From an uncultured Bacilli bacterium (GTDB lineage Bacteria > Bacillota_I > Bacilli_A > RFN20 > CAG-826): a stretch of 64,000 nt of DNA. The DNA is taken from NCBI GenBank assembly GCA_947625975.1, contig CANQQL010000001.1, positions 10,833-74,832 of the forward strand, given 5' to 3'. Below are positions 49,357-59,955 of this stretch, piece by piece. A model generated the notes under the pieces. The model ran no database searches, was not told where the DNA came from, and saw nothing but the letters and a program-made list of their open reading frames with translations. Numbering within the stretch: the stretch's first letter is position 1; each line of letters begins with the position of its first letter. A program made the position numbers and the translations under genes.

Positions 49357-49717
49357 GAATATTTTAAGGCAAAAAAAATCCAATTTGTATAATATTCTAT
49401 CGAAATATCTCCTAAGAAATAATTGTTAAAGTTGATTAACGAAAATCAAATTATTAAAATATCAATGGATTACTTTAGTGGTTTTGTTTTCCTTAGTCTT
49501 AGTGAGGTTTATTGTTAATAGAATCAATAAAAAAGGAATTCGAAAACTCGAAGCGAATCAACAAAATAATTAATAAATTTTTCTATAAACGAAAAAGATT
49601 GACGGATAATGCTTACTTGTAGTTTGCATCGGTTGTTTTTAAATTTAGGACAGAAAAAAGCATTAAACATTCTTTTTATCTTACATTTCCTATGATAAAA
49701 TAATACAAGGTGATTGT

Positions 49718-50173
49718 ATGAAAAAAGTAAGGAGCTTATTATTGTTTTCACTTTTACTTTTTTCATGTGCTTTAAATAGTAAAAAGGATCTTTATAAGCG
49801 ACAAATAAGTGTTCTATTACAAAACAATTTTTATGTAAATGAAAATATTCCTTTTTATTTTCAGACAAGTGTCACCAAAAGTGAAGAAAGACAAAAAGTG
49901 CAAATTATGTTTTTCGAACCCCAAATGGACTTAATGGATTTTACGGCAATTTTACTTGATTCACGGCAAAAAAACGTTAGCGACGCTCCGATTAATGTGG
50001 GCTTTTTTTCCGAATCAATTAATTTCGTAAAGCAAAAAACGAACAAAAACGATCAAACAAAATTACGCTTTAATTTCTATTGTGATATTGAAAATCCAAA
50101 ATATAATTGTGCTGTTTCCTTTTTAGAAGGCATGCAAAGGTTAGAAGTGTTTTTTGTTATTGAGGTAAAATAG
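49718..50173 (+). CDS. lipoprotein, unknown function
   Basis: Lipobox LLFSCALNS. Possible extended -10 (TGATAAAAT) at about 49693. Confidence 0.5.
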   Translation: MKKVRSLLLFSLLLFSCALNSKKDLYKRQISVLLQNNFYVNENIPFYFQTSVTKSEERQKVQIMFFEPQMDLMDFTAILLDSRQKNVSDAPINVGFFSESINFVKQKTNKNDQTKLRFNFYCDIENPKYNCAVSFLEGMQRLEVFFVIEVK

Positions 50174-50184
50174 GAGAAATTAAA

Positions 50185-52323
50185 ATGGACATTGTTAAGA
50201 CTTTAAGCGAAGAATTAAATATCAGTGAAGGACAAGTAAAGGCAGTCATTGATTTGCTCGATGAAGGGAATACTATTCCTTTTATTGCTCGTTATCGTAA
50301 AGAAGTAACTGGTAGTTTAGATGATGAGATTTTAAGAAAATTTTATACACGGTTAGAATATGTGAAGAGTTTTAATGAGCGCTTGGAAACGATTGTAAAA
50401 TCAATAACTGAGCAAGGCTTTATGACAGAGGAGATAATGGCATCCTTAATGAATGCCAAAACTTTAACGGAGTTAGAAGATATTTATCGCCCATTTAAAC
50501 CGAAGAAAAAGACGCGAGCAAGTATTGCTAAAGAAAAAGGTTTAGAGCCCTTTGCAAATGCAATTCTTGCTTTGGAAAAAGATTTCATTGTCCTCGAAGA
50601 AGCTAAGAAATATATAAGCGAAGAAAAAAAAGTTTTAACTGAAGACGATGCCATAAATGGTGCAAAAGATATTATTGCTGAATTAGTTTCTGATAATCCT
50701 AAATACCGTAAACAAATACGCGATTTTATATATCGCACGGGTAAGATTAAAACTAGTGAAGACAAACCGGATGAGAAAAACACCTTTGAAATGTATAAAG
50801 ACTATCAGGAAGCAATTAATCGTATACCACCACATCGGATTTTGGCGATAAATCGTGGCGAAAAAATGAAGTGTTTAAAAGTTAGTTTGGTTGTGGATGA
50901 TATTGAAGCTTTAGCGCGTATTAAATCAAAAATGGTCACCCGAGAATGCGATTCCGCCAAATATGTTTTGGATGCCATCGACGATGCTTACAAAAGATTA
51001 ATATTTCCTAGTTTAGAGAATGAATTACGCAACGAATTGACGGAGAAAGCAGAAGAAACTTCGATGGATGTTTTTAAGGAGAATTTAAAACAACTCTTAC
51101 TTGTGGCACCTGTTGAGCATAAAATTGTTTTAGGCTTCGATCCGGCCTTTAGAACCGGTTGTAAATTGGCAGTTGTGGATGAAAGAGGTAAAGTTTTGGC
51201 CACATCTGTGGTCTATCCTACTGAACCGCACAATAAAGTCGAAGAAGCAAAGAAAACAATCAAGGCTCTCATTTCTCAATATGGAATTAATATGATTGCA
51301 CTTGGCAATGGAACAGCTTCAAGAGAATCCGAAGCATTTTTAAAAAATCTATTAGCCGAGCTAGATAAAAAGATTGACTATGTTATTGTAAACGAAGCCG
51401 GGGCATCTGTGTATAGTGCTTCACCACTAGGTACGAAGGAATTTCCAACTTTTGATGTGGCGCTTCGCAGTGCAGTATCTTTAGCCCGTCGCTTACAAGA
51501 TCCGCTTGCCGAATTAGTAAAAATTGATCCTAAAGCTATCGGGGTTGGGCAATATCAACATGATATGAATCAAAAAAGACTAGGAGAGGTTTTAGGCGGA
51601 GTTGTGGAAAATTGTGTCAACAGTGTTGGCGTTGATTTAAATACCGCTTCACCATCTCTTTTAGAGTATGTGTCAGGCATTTCCGCGACTTTAGCATTAG
51701 CAATTGTAAAATATCGTGAAGAACATGGACCTTTTAAAAGCCGTGAAGAGTTACTTAAAGTTAACAAATTAGGCCCAAAAGCATATGAACAATGTGCTGG
51801 ATTTTTGCGTATAAGAAATGGATATCCCCTTGATAACACGGCAGTTCATCCAGAGAGCTACCATTTTGCTCTTGCTCTTTTAAATGAATTAAAACATACA
51901 ATAGATGATTTAAACGACGAATCTTTAATAAATTTACTTAAAAATTTGAATATTGAAGAATATGCCAAGAAATTAAATGTGGGTGCTCCAACACTTTTAG
52001 ATATAGTCGATGAATTAATAAAGCCTGGAAGAGATCCGCGTTTAGATATCGAAGTGGCAGAACTTCGCAATGATGTTATAGATATTAAAGATTTACAAGT
52101 TGGAATGGTTTTAAAAGGTACTGTTCGTAATATTATGGACTTTGGTGTTTTTGTAGACATTGGTGTCCATCAAGACGGATTGGTGCATATCTCTGAACTA
52201 TCAAATAAGTTTGTTAAACATCCACTTGATGTCGTAAGTATTAATCAAATTGTTAAAGTAAAAGTTATTAGTGTCGATGTCAACAAAAAAAGAATTGGAT
52301 TATCGATTAAACAAGCCGAATAG
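50185..52323 (+). CDS. tex: transcription accessory protein Tex (YqgF/RNase-H-like, HhH and S1 domains)
   Basis: N-terminal IARYRKEVTGSLDDE, a YqgF-like region, HhH, and a C-terminal S1 domain (GMVLKGTVRNIMDFGVFVDIG). Confidence 0.9.
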   Translation: MDIVKTLSEELNISEGQVKAVIDLLDEGNTIPFIARYRKEVTGSLDDEILRKFYTRLEYVKSFNERLETIVKSITEQGFMTEEIMASLMNAKTLTELEDIYRPFKPKKKTRASIAKEKGLEPFANAILALEKDFIVLEEAKKYISEEKKVLTEDDAINGAKDIIAELVSDNPKYRKQIRDFIYRTGKIKTSEDKPDEKNTFEMYKDYQEAINRIPPHRILAINRGEKMKCLKVSLVVDDIEALARIKSKMVTRECDSAKYVLDAIDDAYKRLIFPSLENELRNELTEKAEETSMDVFKENLKQLLLVAPVEHKIVLGFDPAFRTGCKLAVVDERGKVLATSVVYPTEPHNKVEEAKKTIKALISQYGINMIALGNGTASRESEAFLKNLLAELDKKIDYVIVNEAGASVYSASPLGTKEFPTFDVALRSAVSLARRLQDPLAELVKIDPKAIGVGQYQHDMNQKRLGEVLGGVVENCVNSVGVDLNTASPSLLEYVSGISATLALAIVKYREEHGPFKSREELLKVNKLGPKAYEQCAGFLRIRNGYPLDNTAVHPESYHFALALLNELKHTIDDLNDESLINLLKNLNIEEYAKKLNVGAPTLLDIVDELIKPGRDPRLDIEVAELRNDVIDIKDLQVGMVLKGTVRNIMDFGVFVDIGVHQDGLVHISELSNKFVKHPLDVVSINQIVKVKVISVDVNKKRIGLSIKQAE

Positions 52324-52334
52324 GAGGTAAAAGT

Positions 52335-53165
52335 ATGTCTAGAGCTGATGAAATATTTGTGCAAAATATGGAAGATATTTTAAAAAATGGTTTTTGGGAT
52401 AAAGACTTAAACGTTCGACCTCATTGGGACGATGGAACTCCTGCCCATACTATTAAAAAATTTTGCATCGTAAATCGCTATAATTTACAAGAGGAATTGC
52501 CGATTTTAACAATACGAAAAACTGCTTTTAAATCTTGTCTTGATGAATTACTTTGGATTTGGCAAAAAAAATCTAATAATATTCATGACTTAAAAAGTCA
52601 TATTTGGGATTCTTGGGCAAATTCTGATGGATCAATTGGTAAGGCATATGGTTATCAACTAGCTAAAAAATCTAAGTATCCGGAAGGTGAATTTGATCAA
52701 GTAGATCGTGTGCTCTATGATTTAAAGCATAATCCGCAATCTAGACGAATTTTGACTAATATATATAATTTTGAGGATTTACATGAAATGAATCTTTATC
52801 CGTGTGCTTATTCGATGACTTTTAATGTTGTGGGCGATACCTTAAATGGCATATTAAACCAGCGCAGTAATGATATGTTAACTGCCAATAATTGGAATGT
52901 TTTGCAATATTCTTTGTTACTTATAATGTTTGCGCAAGTATCTAATTTAAAACCAGGAGAATTAGTACATGTTATTGCCGATGCGCATATTTATGATCGC
53001 CATGTCGAAATAGTAAAAGAAATTATTAAAAAACCTCAGCATAGAGCGCCAAAATTAATCGTAGATCAATCAATTACTAATTTTTATGATTTTATAGTGA
53101 ATTCCTTTAAATTAGTTGATTATGAATATGAAGAGTTAGATAAAAAAATTCCAGTGGCGGTGTAA
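52335..53165 (+). CDS. thyA: thymidylate synthase (divergent)
   Basis: Collinear with ThyA: SRRILTNIYNFED, active-site Cys in LYPCAYSMTFNV, NQRSNDML, DAHIYDRH, and the C-terminal ...PVAV. Confidence 0.8.
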   Translation: MSRADEIFVQNMEDILKNGFWDKDLNVRPHWDDGTPAHTIKKFCIVNRYNLQEELPILTIRKTAFKSCLDELLWIWQKKSNNIHDLKSHIWDSWANSDGSIGKAYGYQLAKKSKYPEGEFDQVDRVLYDLKHNPQSRRILTNIYNFEDLHEMNLYPCAYSMTFNVVGDTLNGILNQRSNDMLTANNWNVLQYSLLLIMFAQVSNLKPGELVHVIADAHIYDRHVEIVKEIIKKPQHRAPKLIVDQSITNFYDFIVNSFKLVDYEYEELDKKIPVAV

Positions 53166-53167
53166 TT

Positions 53168-53680
53168 ATGATTATTGCTATATTAAATTGTGATAAAAAT
53201 TGGGGAATAGGAAAGAAAAATGGCTTACTTTTTCACCTCCCTAAAGATATGAAATTTTTTCGTGATACGACACTGAACCATGTTGTAGCATTAGGAGAGA
53301 AAACTCTATTATCTTTTCCTAACGCACGACCATTAAAAAACCGTACTCACATCGTTTTATCAAGCGATAAGACACATAATTATGAGAACGTTATAAATGT
53401 GCATACTTTGGAAGATTTTTTACAAAAAATCAAAGAATATTCTCTAAAGGAAGAAGTTTATATTATTGGAGGTGCTTCAATCTATAATCAAACACTTCCC
53501 TATGTTGATAAAGTCCTTTTAACCAAAGTTAATTATGATGGAAAGGCTGATGTATTCTTTCCACCTCTTGATAATCATCAAGACTTTGAATTAAAAGAGC
53601 AAAGCGATATTATCCAAGATGAAGAATATCAAATACAATTTTTAACTTACTACAATAAAAATAAAAAAGAAATAGAATAA
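53168..53680 (+). CDS. folA: dihydrofolate reductase
   Basis: MIIAILNCDKNWGIGKKNGLLFHLPKDMKFFRDTT and GGASIYNQ motifs. Confidence 0.85.
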   Translation: MIIAILNCDKNWGIGKKNGLLFHLPKDMKFFRDTTLNHVVALGEKTLLSFPNARPLKNRTHIVLSSDKTHNYENVINVHTLEDFLQKIKEYSLKEEVYIIGGASIYNQTLPYVDKVLLTKVNYDGKADVFFPPLDNHQDFELKEQSDIIQDEEYQIQFLTYYNKNKKEIE

Positions 53681-53809
53681 CAAGGCGGAATTTACTTCTA
53701 CTATATTACTTTTTATTTTTGATTCTAATGAATATTTTAATTTAAATATAAACACAATTGTTATATAATAGCAATGCACGATACATTTTGATCGTAGCAG
53801 GAGGAAAAT

Positions 53810-54565
53810 ATGTTTTTAACGTTAGACTTAGGAAACACCAATTTATTTATTGGCGTTTGCGATGACGAAAAAGTCATTAAGACTTTCCGTACATCGACAG
53901 ACCTAAATAAATCCGGTGACGAATACGCCTTAGTTCTTGCTTCTCTTTTAAAAGAACAAAAAGAGAATATTGAAGGCGTAATCATTTCATCCGTAGTACC
54001 GAGTTTGAATCATGTCTTACGACAAGCCGTACGGTACTTATTTAACCTCGAGCCTCTATTCGTGGAGACTGGTGTTAAAACGGGTTTACCAATTCGCATT
54101 GATAATCCTAATGAAACTGGTGCAGATTTGGTATGTGATGGTGTAGGGGCTCTGGCAAAATATGGGCCAAAAACCATTGTTGTAGATTTAGGAACTGCGA
54201 CAAAAATCTTTGTAATTGATGATAAGGGAGCCTTTATTGGCGGAATCATTACGGCGGGATTAAAAATTTCGATGGAAGCTTTAGCGGGGAAAGCTGCTAA
54301 GCTAAGTGAAATTTCTTTGGAAATGCCAAGCAGTGTAATTTGTAAAAATACCGTAGATTGTATGAATGCCGGTATTGTTACTGGTACAAAATTAATGATT
54401 CAAAGCTTTGTTAGTGAAATGGAAAATGAATTAGGTTACAGCACTAATAAGGTTATTACAGGTGGGTTTGCCCATATTATTAATAATTTAGAAAGGTTTA
54501 CATATGACTTTAATTTAATTCTTGATGGATTAAGAGTTATATATTTAAAAAATAGACATGAATAA
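53810..54565 (+). CDS. coaX: type III pantothenate kinase
   Basis: MFLTLDLGNTNLFIGV start plus DLGTATK and GGF motifs. Confidence 0.85.
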   Translation: MFLTLDLGNTNLFIGVCDDEKVIKTFRTSTDLNKSGDEYALVLASLLKEQKENIEGVIISSVVPSLNHVLRQAVRYLFNLEPLFVETGVKTGLPIRIDNPNETGADLVCDGVGALAKYGPKTIVVDLGTATKIFVIDDKGAFIGGIITAGLKISMEALAGKAAKLSEISLEMPSSVICKNTVDCMNAGIVTGTKLMIQSFVSEMENELGYSTNKVITGGFAHIINNLERFTYDFNLILDGLRVIYLKNRHE

Positions 54566-55085
54566 ACAACAGAATATAAGACGTATTGCAGGAATTGCAG
54601 TATTGTCTGCTTTAACAATTATTTTAACTATAGTATCTAATTATATTATTATTGCGGGGGTTAGTATTAATTTGTCACTAGTCCCTATTGTATTAGCGGC
54701 GATTATTTATGGTCCATATGCCGGCTTCTTCGTTGGACTCATTAATGGTGGATTTGTAATGCTGTCTGCTCAAGCATTTTTTGCGATAAGCCCAGTTGGC
54801 ACGGTTATTGTTTGTCTTTTGAAAACATCGATTGCAGGTTTGGTTTCCGGCTATATATATCGTTTGATTGTCAGATTTAATGAAATTGTGAGTACTTTTG
54901 TTGCATCATTAATTGTACCAGTGGTAAATACAGGTTTATTTATAATTGGTTCATTAATTTTCTTTAAAGGAAGCTTTGGCTCATTAATTTCTATTTTCAT
55001 AAGTCTTAATTTTATAATTGAATTTGCTATTAATTTATTACTTGCTCCGGCAATAATTAGAATTATCAAAGCTGTGAAAAAATAG
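54558..55085 (+). CDS. small polytopic membrane protein (ECF-transporter S-component-like; possibly a vitamin transporter, by adjacency to coaX)
   Basis: 175 aa, 5 TM helices. Overlaps coaX by 8 nt. Confidence 0.4.
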   Translation: MNKQQNIRRIAGIAVLSALTIILTIVSNYIIIAGVSINLSLVPIVLAAIIYGPYAGFFVGLINGGFVMLSAQAFFAISPVGTVIVCLLKTSIAGLVSGYIYRLIVRFNEIVSTFVASLIVPVVNTGLFIIGSLIFFKGSFGSLISIFISLNFIIEFAINLLLAPAIIRIIKAVKK

Positions 55086-55101
55086 TAAAGTAAAAAAAGG
55101 G

Positions 55102-56460
55102 GTGACTAGTGTGGACTTAGAGGAATTCGTTAATATTAATTTAAAAGATGCGCTACATAATTTATCAAAATGGATTCAAATAAATTCAATAGATGATTCA
55201 GAGCACGCCAGTCCCCTTAAACCATTTGGTGATGGTGTGTATAAGGCCCTGCAATTTGTTGCTAATCTAGCTAAAAGTGAGGGATTTGAAGTTGATGAAT
55301 GCGATGGATATTGTACGGAAATTAAATTAGGAAATGGACCAAAATTAATTTCGATATATGCACACGCAGATGTTGTCCCAGTATCAGGAGATTGGCTTTA
55401 CCCTCCGTTTTCGGGAATTATTGCCGATGATGTGATGTATGGCCGAGGAACAAGCGATGACAAAGGACCGGCCATGGCAGCATTCTATGCCATAAAATAT
55501 CTTAAAGAAAATTTTGATTTAAAAAATTATCAAATTCGCCTAGTCATTGGAGGAAATGAAGAAAAAGGAAGCCGATGTTTAGAACATTATTTTAATGTCT
55601 TAAAAAAGCCACATCCTGACTATGGTTTTACACCTGATGGAGAGTTCCCTCTTATATATGGCGAAAAGGGTATCTCTAACTATAAATCAGAAATAGATGT
55701 TGACTTAAAGCCATTAATTAAATTTAAGGCAGGCGTAGTTGTTAACTCGGTTCCGGATATTGCTCAAGCCACATTATTTAAAGATGAAAGCTTAGAACAA
55801 ACTTTAAAATCATCTAAACATAAATATTCAATCAAATATTTTGATGATAAAATGGAAGTTATTATGCTAGGAAAGGCAAGTCATGGTTCATTGCCACAAG
55901 AAGGAGTGAATGCAGGACTAGAGCTTTTAAAAGTGATTGGTAAACATTACAATCAAGAATTTTTAAATTTAATCACAAAAGCTTATGCTGATCCTTTTGG
56001 TAAAAATTTGGATTTATATTTTGAGACCCCATTGTTGCATAATTCTACCTATAATGTAGGATTAATTAGTTACGAAAACAGCAAGTTTATAATGCAGGTC
56101 AATTTTCGTTATCCCGAAAATGTGGAAATCGAAAAAATTATTATTTCGCTTAATAAAAAATTGCCACTAAATACTACTTTGCTGAGTGAATCAAAACCAC
56201 TATTATTTGATCCACATTGTAAAATGGTTGAAACATTACTTAAGGCCTATCAAGATGTAACTGGTGACTATAAGAGCAAAATAATGACGATTGGAGGAGG
56301 TACATATGCGAAAGAGTGCAAGAATACCATTGCCTTTGGATCCGCTTTTCCTGGTCGAGATGATAAAATTCATGATGCCAATGAAAGTATTCATTTACGG
56401 GACTTTGAAAAATCCATTTCGATTTACGCAACGGCAATTATGTACTTAACTGAATTATGA
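55102..56460 (+). CDS. M20-family dipeptidase (PepV/Sapep-like)
   Basis: HADVVP and GRGTSDDKGP motifs. 452 aa. Confidence 0.8.
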   Translation: MTSVDLEEFVNINLKDALHNLSKWIQINSIDDSEHASPLKPFGDGVYKALQFVANLAKSEGFEVDECDGYCTEIKLGNGPKLISIYAHADVVPVSGDWLYPPFSGIIADDVMYGRGTSDDKGPAMAAFYAIKYLKENFDLKNYQIRLVIGGNEEKGSRCLEHYFNVLKKPHPDYGFTPDGEFPLIYGEKGISNYKSEIDVDLKPLIKFKAGVVVNSVPDIAQATLFKDESLEQTLKSSKHKYSIKYFDDKMEVIMLGKASHGSLPQEGVNAGLELLKVIGKHYNQEFLNLITKAYADPFGKNLDLYFETPLLHNSTYNVGLISYENSKFIMQVNFRYPENVEIEKIIISLNKKLPLNTTLLSESKPLLFDPHCKMVETLLKAYQDVTGDYKSKIMTIGGGTYAKECKNTIAFGSAFPGRDDKIHDANESIHLRDFEKSISIYATAIMYLTEL

Positions 56461-57107
56461 GAATGAAAAATAAGAAATGGTCAATTCCCTTTTTAAATGA
56501 ACATTCTAATCTTGCTTTGTATGAGGCTAGTTATCAAGATATAGTGCTAAAAGATTTTTTAAATAAGAGTCCACTATATTTAGAAATAGGGACTGGTAAG
56601 GGAGACTTTATTTTAAACATGGCCAAAAATGACAGACATAGTTATTTTCTGGGTATTGAGAAAAATGTTACATGTTTAGCTATTACAACTAAAAAAATTT
56701 ATGCCGAGGGGTTATCGAATGTATTGCTGATTTGTGATGATATAGAAAATGTCTTTGAAGTTTTACCAAGTCAAAGCATTGATAGAATTTATTTAAATTT
56801 TTCTGATCCTTGGCCGAAAAAAAGACACACAAAACGGAGGTTGACTTACAAGACCTTTTTAGATCGTTACAAAAATATTTTAAAAAAAGATGGACGATTG
56901 ATTATGAAAACCGACAATTTGGATTTATTTGAATTTTCCCTCGTAAGTCTAAACGAAAATGGTTACAAATTAGAAGTAGTGAATTATGATTATGATGGTA
57001 AAGATGAAAATGATGTCCAAACAGAATACGAAAAGTATTTTCGTGACTTACATACCCCAATTAAAAAATTGATAGCAAAGGTAGGCGATTTTGATGAAAC
57101 TAAATGA
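56457..57107 (+). CDS. trmB: tRNA (guanine-N7)-methyltransferase
   Basis: LEIGTGKGDF SAM motif and NFSDPWPKKRH. Confidence 0.85.
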   Translation: MRMKNKKWSIPFLNEHSNLALYEASYQDIVLKDFLNKSPLYLEIGTGKGDFILNMAKNDRHSYFLGIEKNVTCLAITTKKIYAEGLSNVLLICDDIENVFEVLPSQSIDRIYLNFSDPWPKKRHTKRRLTYKTFLDRYKNILKKDGRLIMKTDNLDLFEFSLVSLNENGYKLEVVNYDYDGKDENDVQTEYEKYFRDLHTPIKKLIAKVGDFDETK

Positions 57108-58176
57108 GCATCAATTAAAATTATTTGAAGATTTAACGCAACTTAATGGAATTGCGGGTCAAGAAGACGAAATTAGAAATTATTTAAAGAAAGCATACAC
57201 CGAATTAGGTTATGAATTAATGTTTGATAATCTTGGCTCGGTTATTGCTGTTAAGCGATCAAAAAATAAAAAAGCTAAAAAAGTGTTTTTAGTGGCTCAT
57301 ATGGATGAAGTAGGCTTTATGGTGTCCAATATTTTACCTAACGGAATGCTTAAGGCAAATGCCGTAGGAGGACTAAACAGTGAAACCTTACTATCTTCAC
57401 GTGTTTTGCTAAAAACGAAAGATGGAAATTATTTAAAAGGAGCGATTTCTGCTTTACCACCTCATTTGCTAAAAGGAACGGAAATGGCAAAAACTGAAAT
57501 AGCAAATATGCTCTTTGACTTTGGCTTTACCTCAAAAGAGGAAGCAATTGAAAATGGAGTATATCTAGGGGCAATGATGGTAATTGAAGGTAAGATGGAA
57601 ATTCTTAATGAAAATAGAATTTTAACTAAGGCTGTTGATGACCGTTATGGACTTGTTCTTGGCTTAGAAGTATTAGAAACTTTAAAGAATGTCGATCTTG
57701 AGTTTGATTTATTTGTTGGAGGTTCGGTTCAAGAAGAGGTTGGATGTCGTGGTGGAATGACCTCTGGTTATTTGATTAATCCGGATTTGGCAATTGTTTT
57801 AGACTGCTCACCGGCACGTGATACAAGTGGTGACAATATGGCTTTAGGACAACTAGGTCAAGGCTTGTTAGTGCGCTTTATGGATGGCAATATGATAGCG
57901 TTCAAAGAGTTATTAGATTTTCAAATGAAATGTTGTAAGGAAGCTGGAGTAAAGTATCAATATTTTGATTCACCTGGTGGAACAGATGCCGGTAATATTC
58001 ATAAGCTTAGAGAAGGAATCTTAACTTTAACACATTGTATATGTGCTAGAGGCATACATACGTGTTCAACGATCTTCGACACAAATGATTATCTTGCGGC
58101 GAGAGATTCCCTATTAACGATTTTAAGACATTTAAATACTAAGGAATTCGATTTTTTATTAGGAGCTAGAAAATAA
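57091..58176 (+). CDS. M42-family aminopeptidase (glutamyl aminopeptidase/YsdC-like)
   Basis: VAHMDEVGFMV, and the DDR and GG..QEEVG metal-ligand regions. Confidence 0.8.
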   Translation: MMKLNEHQLKLFEDLTQLNGIAGQEDEIRNYLKKAYTELGYELMFDNLGSVIAVKRSKNKKAKKVFLVAHMDEVGFMVSNILPNGMLKANAVGGLNSETLLSSRVLLKTKDGNYLKGAISALPPHLLKGTEMAKTEIANMLFDFGFTSKEEAIENGVYLGAMMVIEGKMEILNENRILTKAVDDRYGLVLGLEVLETLKNVDLEFDLFVGGSVQEEVGCRGGMTSGYLINPDLAIVLDCSPARDTSGDNMALGQLGQGLLVRFMDGNMIAFKELLDFQMKCCKEAGVKYQYFDSPGGTDAGNIHKLREGILTLTHCICARGIHTCSTIFDTNDYLAARDSLLTILRHLNTKEFDFLLGARK

Positions 58177-58787
58177 TGAAAGATTATGCTTTATTTTATG
58201 ATTATCATACTACCGATGATGTCTTAATGATTGTTAAAGATATTTTAACAAAACCAGATAAGATAATTAAAAATGGTGATGTAGTTAGCTTATACAAAAA
58301 TGATGAATTAATTGGTATTAATATATTTAATATTTCTAATGTTTTAAAGATAAAGTCTAAGGGCTTAATTGTCTTACCAATGAAAGAAATGGTAGATGTC
58401 ATCAATAATATATTAAAAAATGCTAATGCCGAAACATTGGAATATAAAAAAGAATCAGGCTTTGTAATTGGGAAAGTTCTAACTTGTGAAGAACACCCTG
58501 ATTCGGATCATATGCACGTTTTAACGGTAGATATTAAGAATGAAATTTTAGATATTGTGTGTGGTGCGCCGAATGTGAAGGTCGGACAAAAAGTAGTGGT
58601 TGCAACCTTAGGAACATTTATGTTTGATGGTAAAAAAATCTTACCTAGTGAATTAAGAGGTATCAAATCAAACGGGATGCTTTGTTCACCACGTGAACTC
58701 CATCTTGAAGGCGCCCCACAGATAAGGGGAATTCTTGTATTAGATGATAATTCACAAATTGGTGAAGACTTTTTTAAAATTCAATAA
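58176..58787 (+). CDS. tRNA-binding-domain protein (YtpR/CsaA-like)
   Basis: EHPDSDHMHVLTVDIKNEILDIVCGAPNVKVGQKVVVATLG is the OB-fold tRNA-binding motif. Confidence 0.7.
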   Translation: MKDYALFYDYHTTDDVLMIVKDILTKPDKIIKNGDVVSLYKNDELIGINIFNISNVLKIKSKGLIVLPMKEMVDVINNILKNANAETLEYKKESGFVIGKVLTCEEHPDSDHMHVLTVDIKNEILDIVCGAPNVKVGQKVVVATLGTFMFDGKKILPSELRGIKSNGMLCSPRELHLEGAPQIRGILVLDDNSQIGEDFFKIQ

Positions 58788-58801
58788 TTCCTTACAAATA
58801 A

Positions 58802-58829
58802 AAAATCCAGTTCATATGAACTGGATTTT
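58802..58829. terminator. bidirectional rho-independent terminator (28-bp perfect palindrome)
   Basis: AAAATCCAGTTCATATGAACTGGATTTT flanked by A- and T-runs. Lies between convergent genes. Confidence 0.7.
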
Positions 58830-59079
58830 ATCCTTTTAAACCGCGTGATTGACGATCCATATCTTCGACAACAATGTCATATATTTCCCCGAGAGAAGCA
58901 CAATATTCTAAGACTTTCCAGGGTTCATTTGTATGATAATGAATTTTTATTAATTCGTCGTCGCCTACTGCTAATAGACAGTCACCTACAAAGTGTTGAG
59001 TAAAATATTCATTAATTTTATTTTCATCAAGTCCTTTTCCTTCAATAAGTAATTGAGTGTCATAACGAAATTCAATCAT
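58828..59079 (-). CDS. small hypothetical protein (83 aa from the second ATG)
   Basis: RBS AAAGGAGA upstream. MIEFRYDTQLLIEGKGLDENKINEYF... Confidence 0.4.
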   Translation of the reverse strand: MIEFRYDTQLLIEGKGLDENKINEYFTQHFVGDCLLAVGDDELIKIHYHTNEPWKVLEYCASLGEIYDIVVEDMDRQSRGLKG

Positions 59080-59339
59080 AATCATAATCTCCTTTAATTA
59101 GAATTTATTAATATTTTACTCTTTTTGATTTATATTGCAATCTTACAAATTGGTTTTTATATCTTGTTTTAGACCATCTATGCCTAAGCCTTGTATTTAA
59201 TAACTGCGGGTTATTTGTTTTTTTTGAAATCATCATATCTTACGGATAATCTAGGTTTAGTTCTTAGATTACGGATAAATTATTGTAGAATTATTGTAAT
59301 AAAATTGTTATACTATTAAAGTATCATGAGGTGATAAAT

Positions 59340-59819
59340 ATGGGAGACAAAAAAATTGAACTTACAAAACGTGGTAAAGAATCTTTAGAAAGTGAATTAA
59401 GAAATCTTATCGATGTTGTTCGTCCTGAAGTTATTGAACAATTAAAGGCTGCTCGTGCACAAGGTGACTTGTCTGAAAATGCTGATTATGATGCCGCAAG
59501 AGATCGACAAGCGGAAGTAGAACATCGTATCAATGAGATTGAAGCAATTTTGGCCAATGCTGTTGTAATCGAAGATAAGCCGGTTAACACCAAGGTTGTT
59601 GCTTTGGGTACAAAAGTTACTTTTAAGGATTTATCTGATGGTACAAATACCACTGTAGAAATAGTTGGATCTGTCGAAGCTAATCCATTAGAAAATTTAA
59701 TATCTAATGAATGTCCACTTGGAGTAGCAATGATTGGACATTATGTTGGAGAAAAAGTTTTAGTAAATTCGCAAGTTCCATATGAAGTTGAAATACTTAA
59801 TATATCATTAGACAAATAA
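59340..59819 (+). CDS. greA: transcription elongation factor GreA
   Basis: N-terminal coiled coil (LRAARAQGDLSENADYDAARDRQ) and C-terminal FKBP-like domain. Start ATG 59340 is preferred over the upstream GTG. Confidence 0.85.
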   Translation: MGDKKIELTKRGKESLESELRNLIDVVRPEVIEQLKAARAQGDLSENADYDAARDRQAEVEHRINEIEAILANAVVIEDKPVNTKVVALGTKVTFKDLSDGTNTTVEIVGSVEANPLENLISNECPLGVAMIGHYVGEKVLVNSQVPYEVEILNISLDK

Positions 59820-59955
59820 TTTATATATGAATTAAGGAAATAAAGTAGACAAGTAAAAACTAGTCTACTTTTTAATTAAATTAAAAAGGTAAAAATTCTA
59901 AAATATTTTCTGCTTTTTAATAGAGTCTCACTTATATTATTAAAGAGGTGAGATA

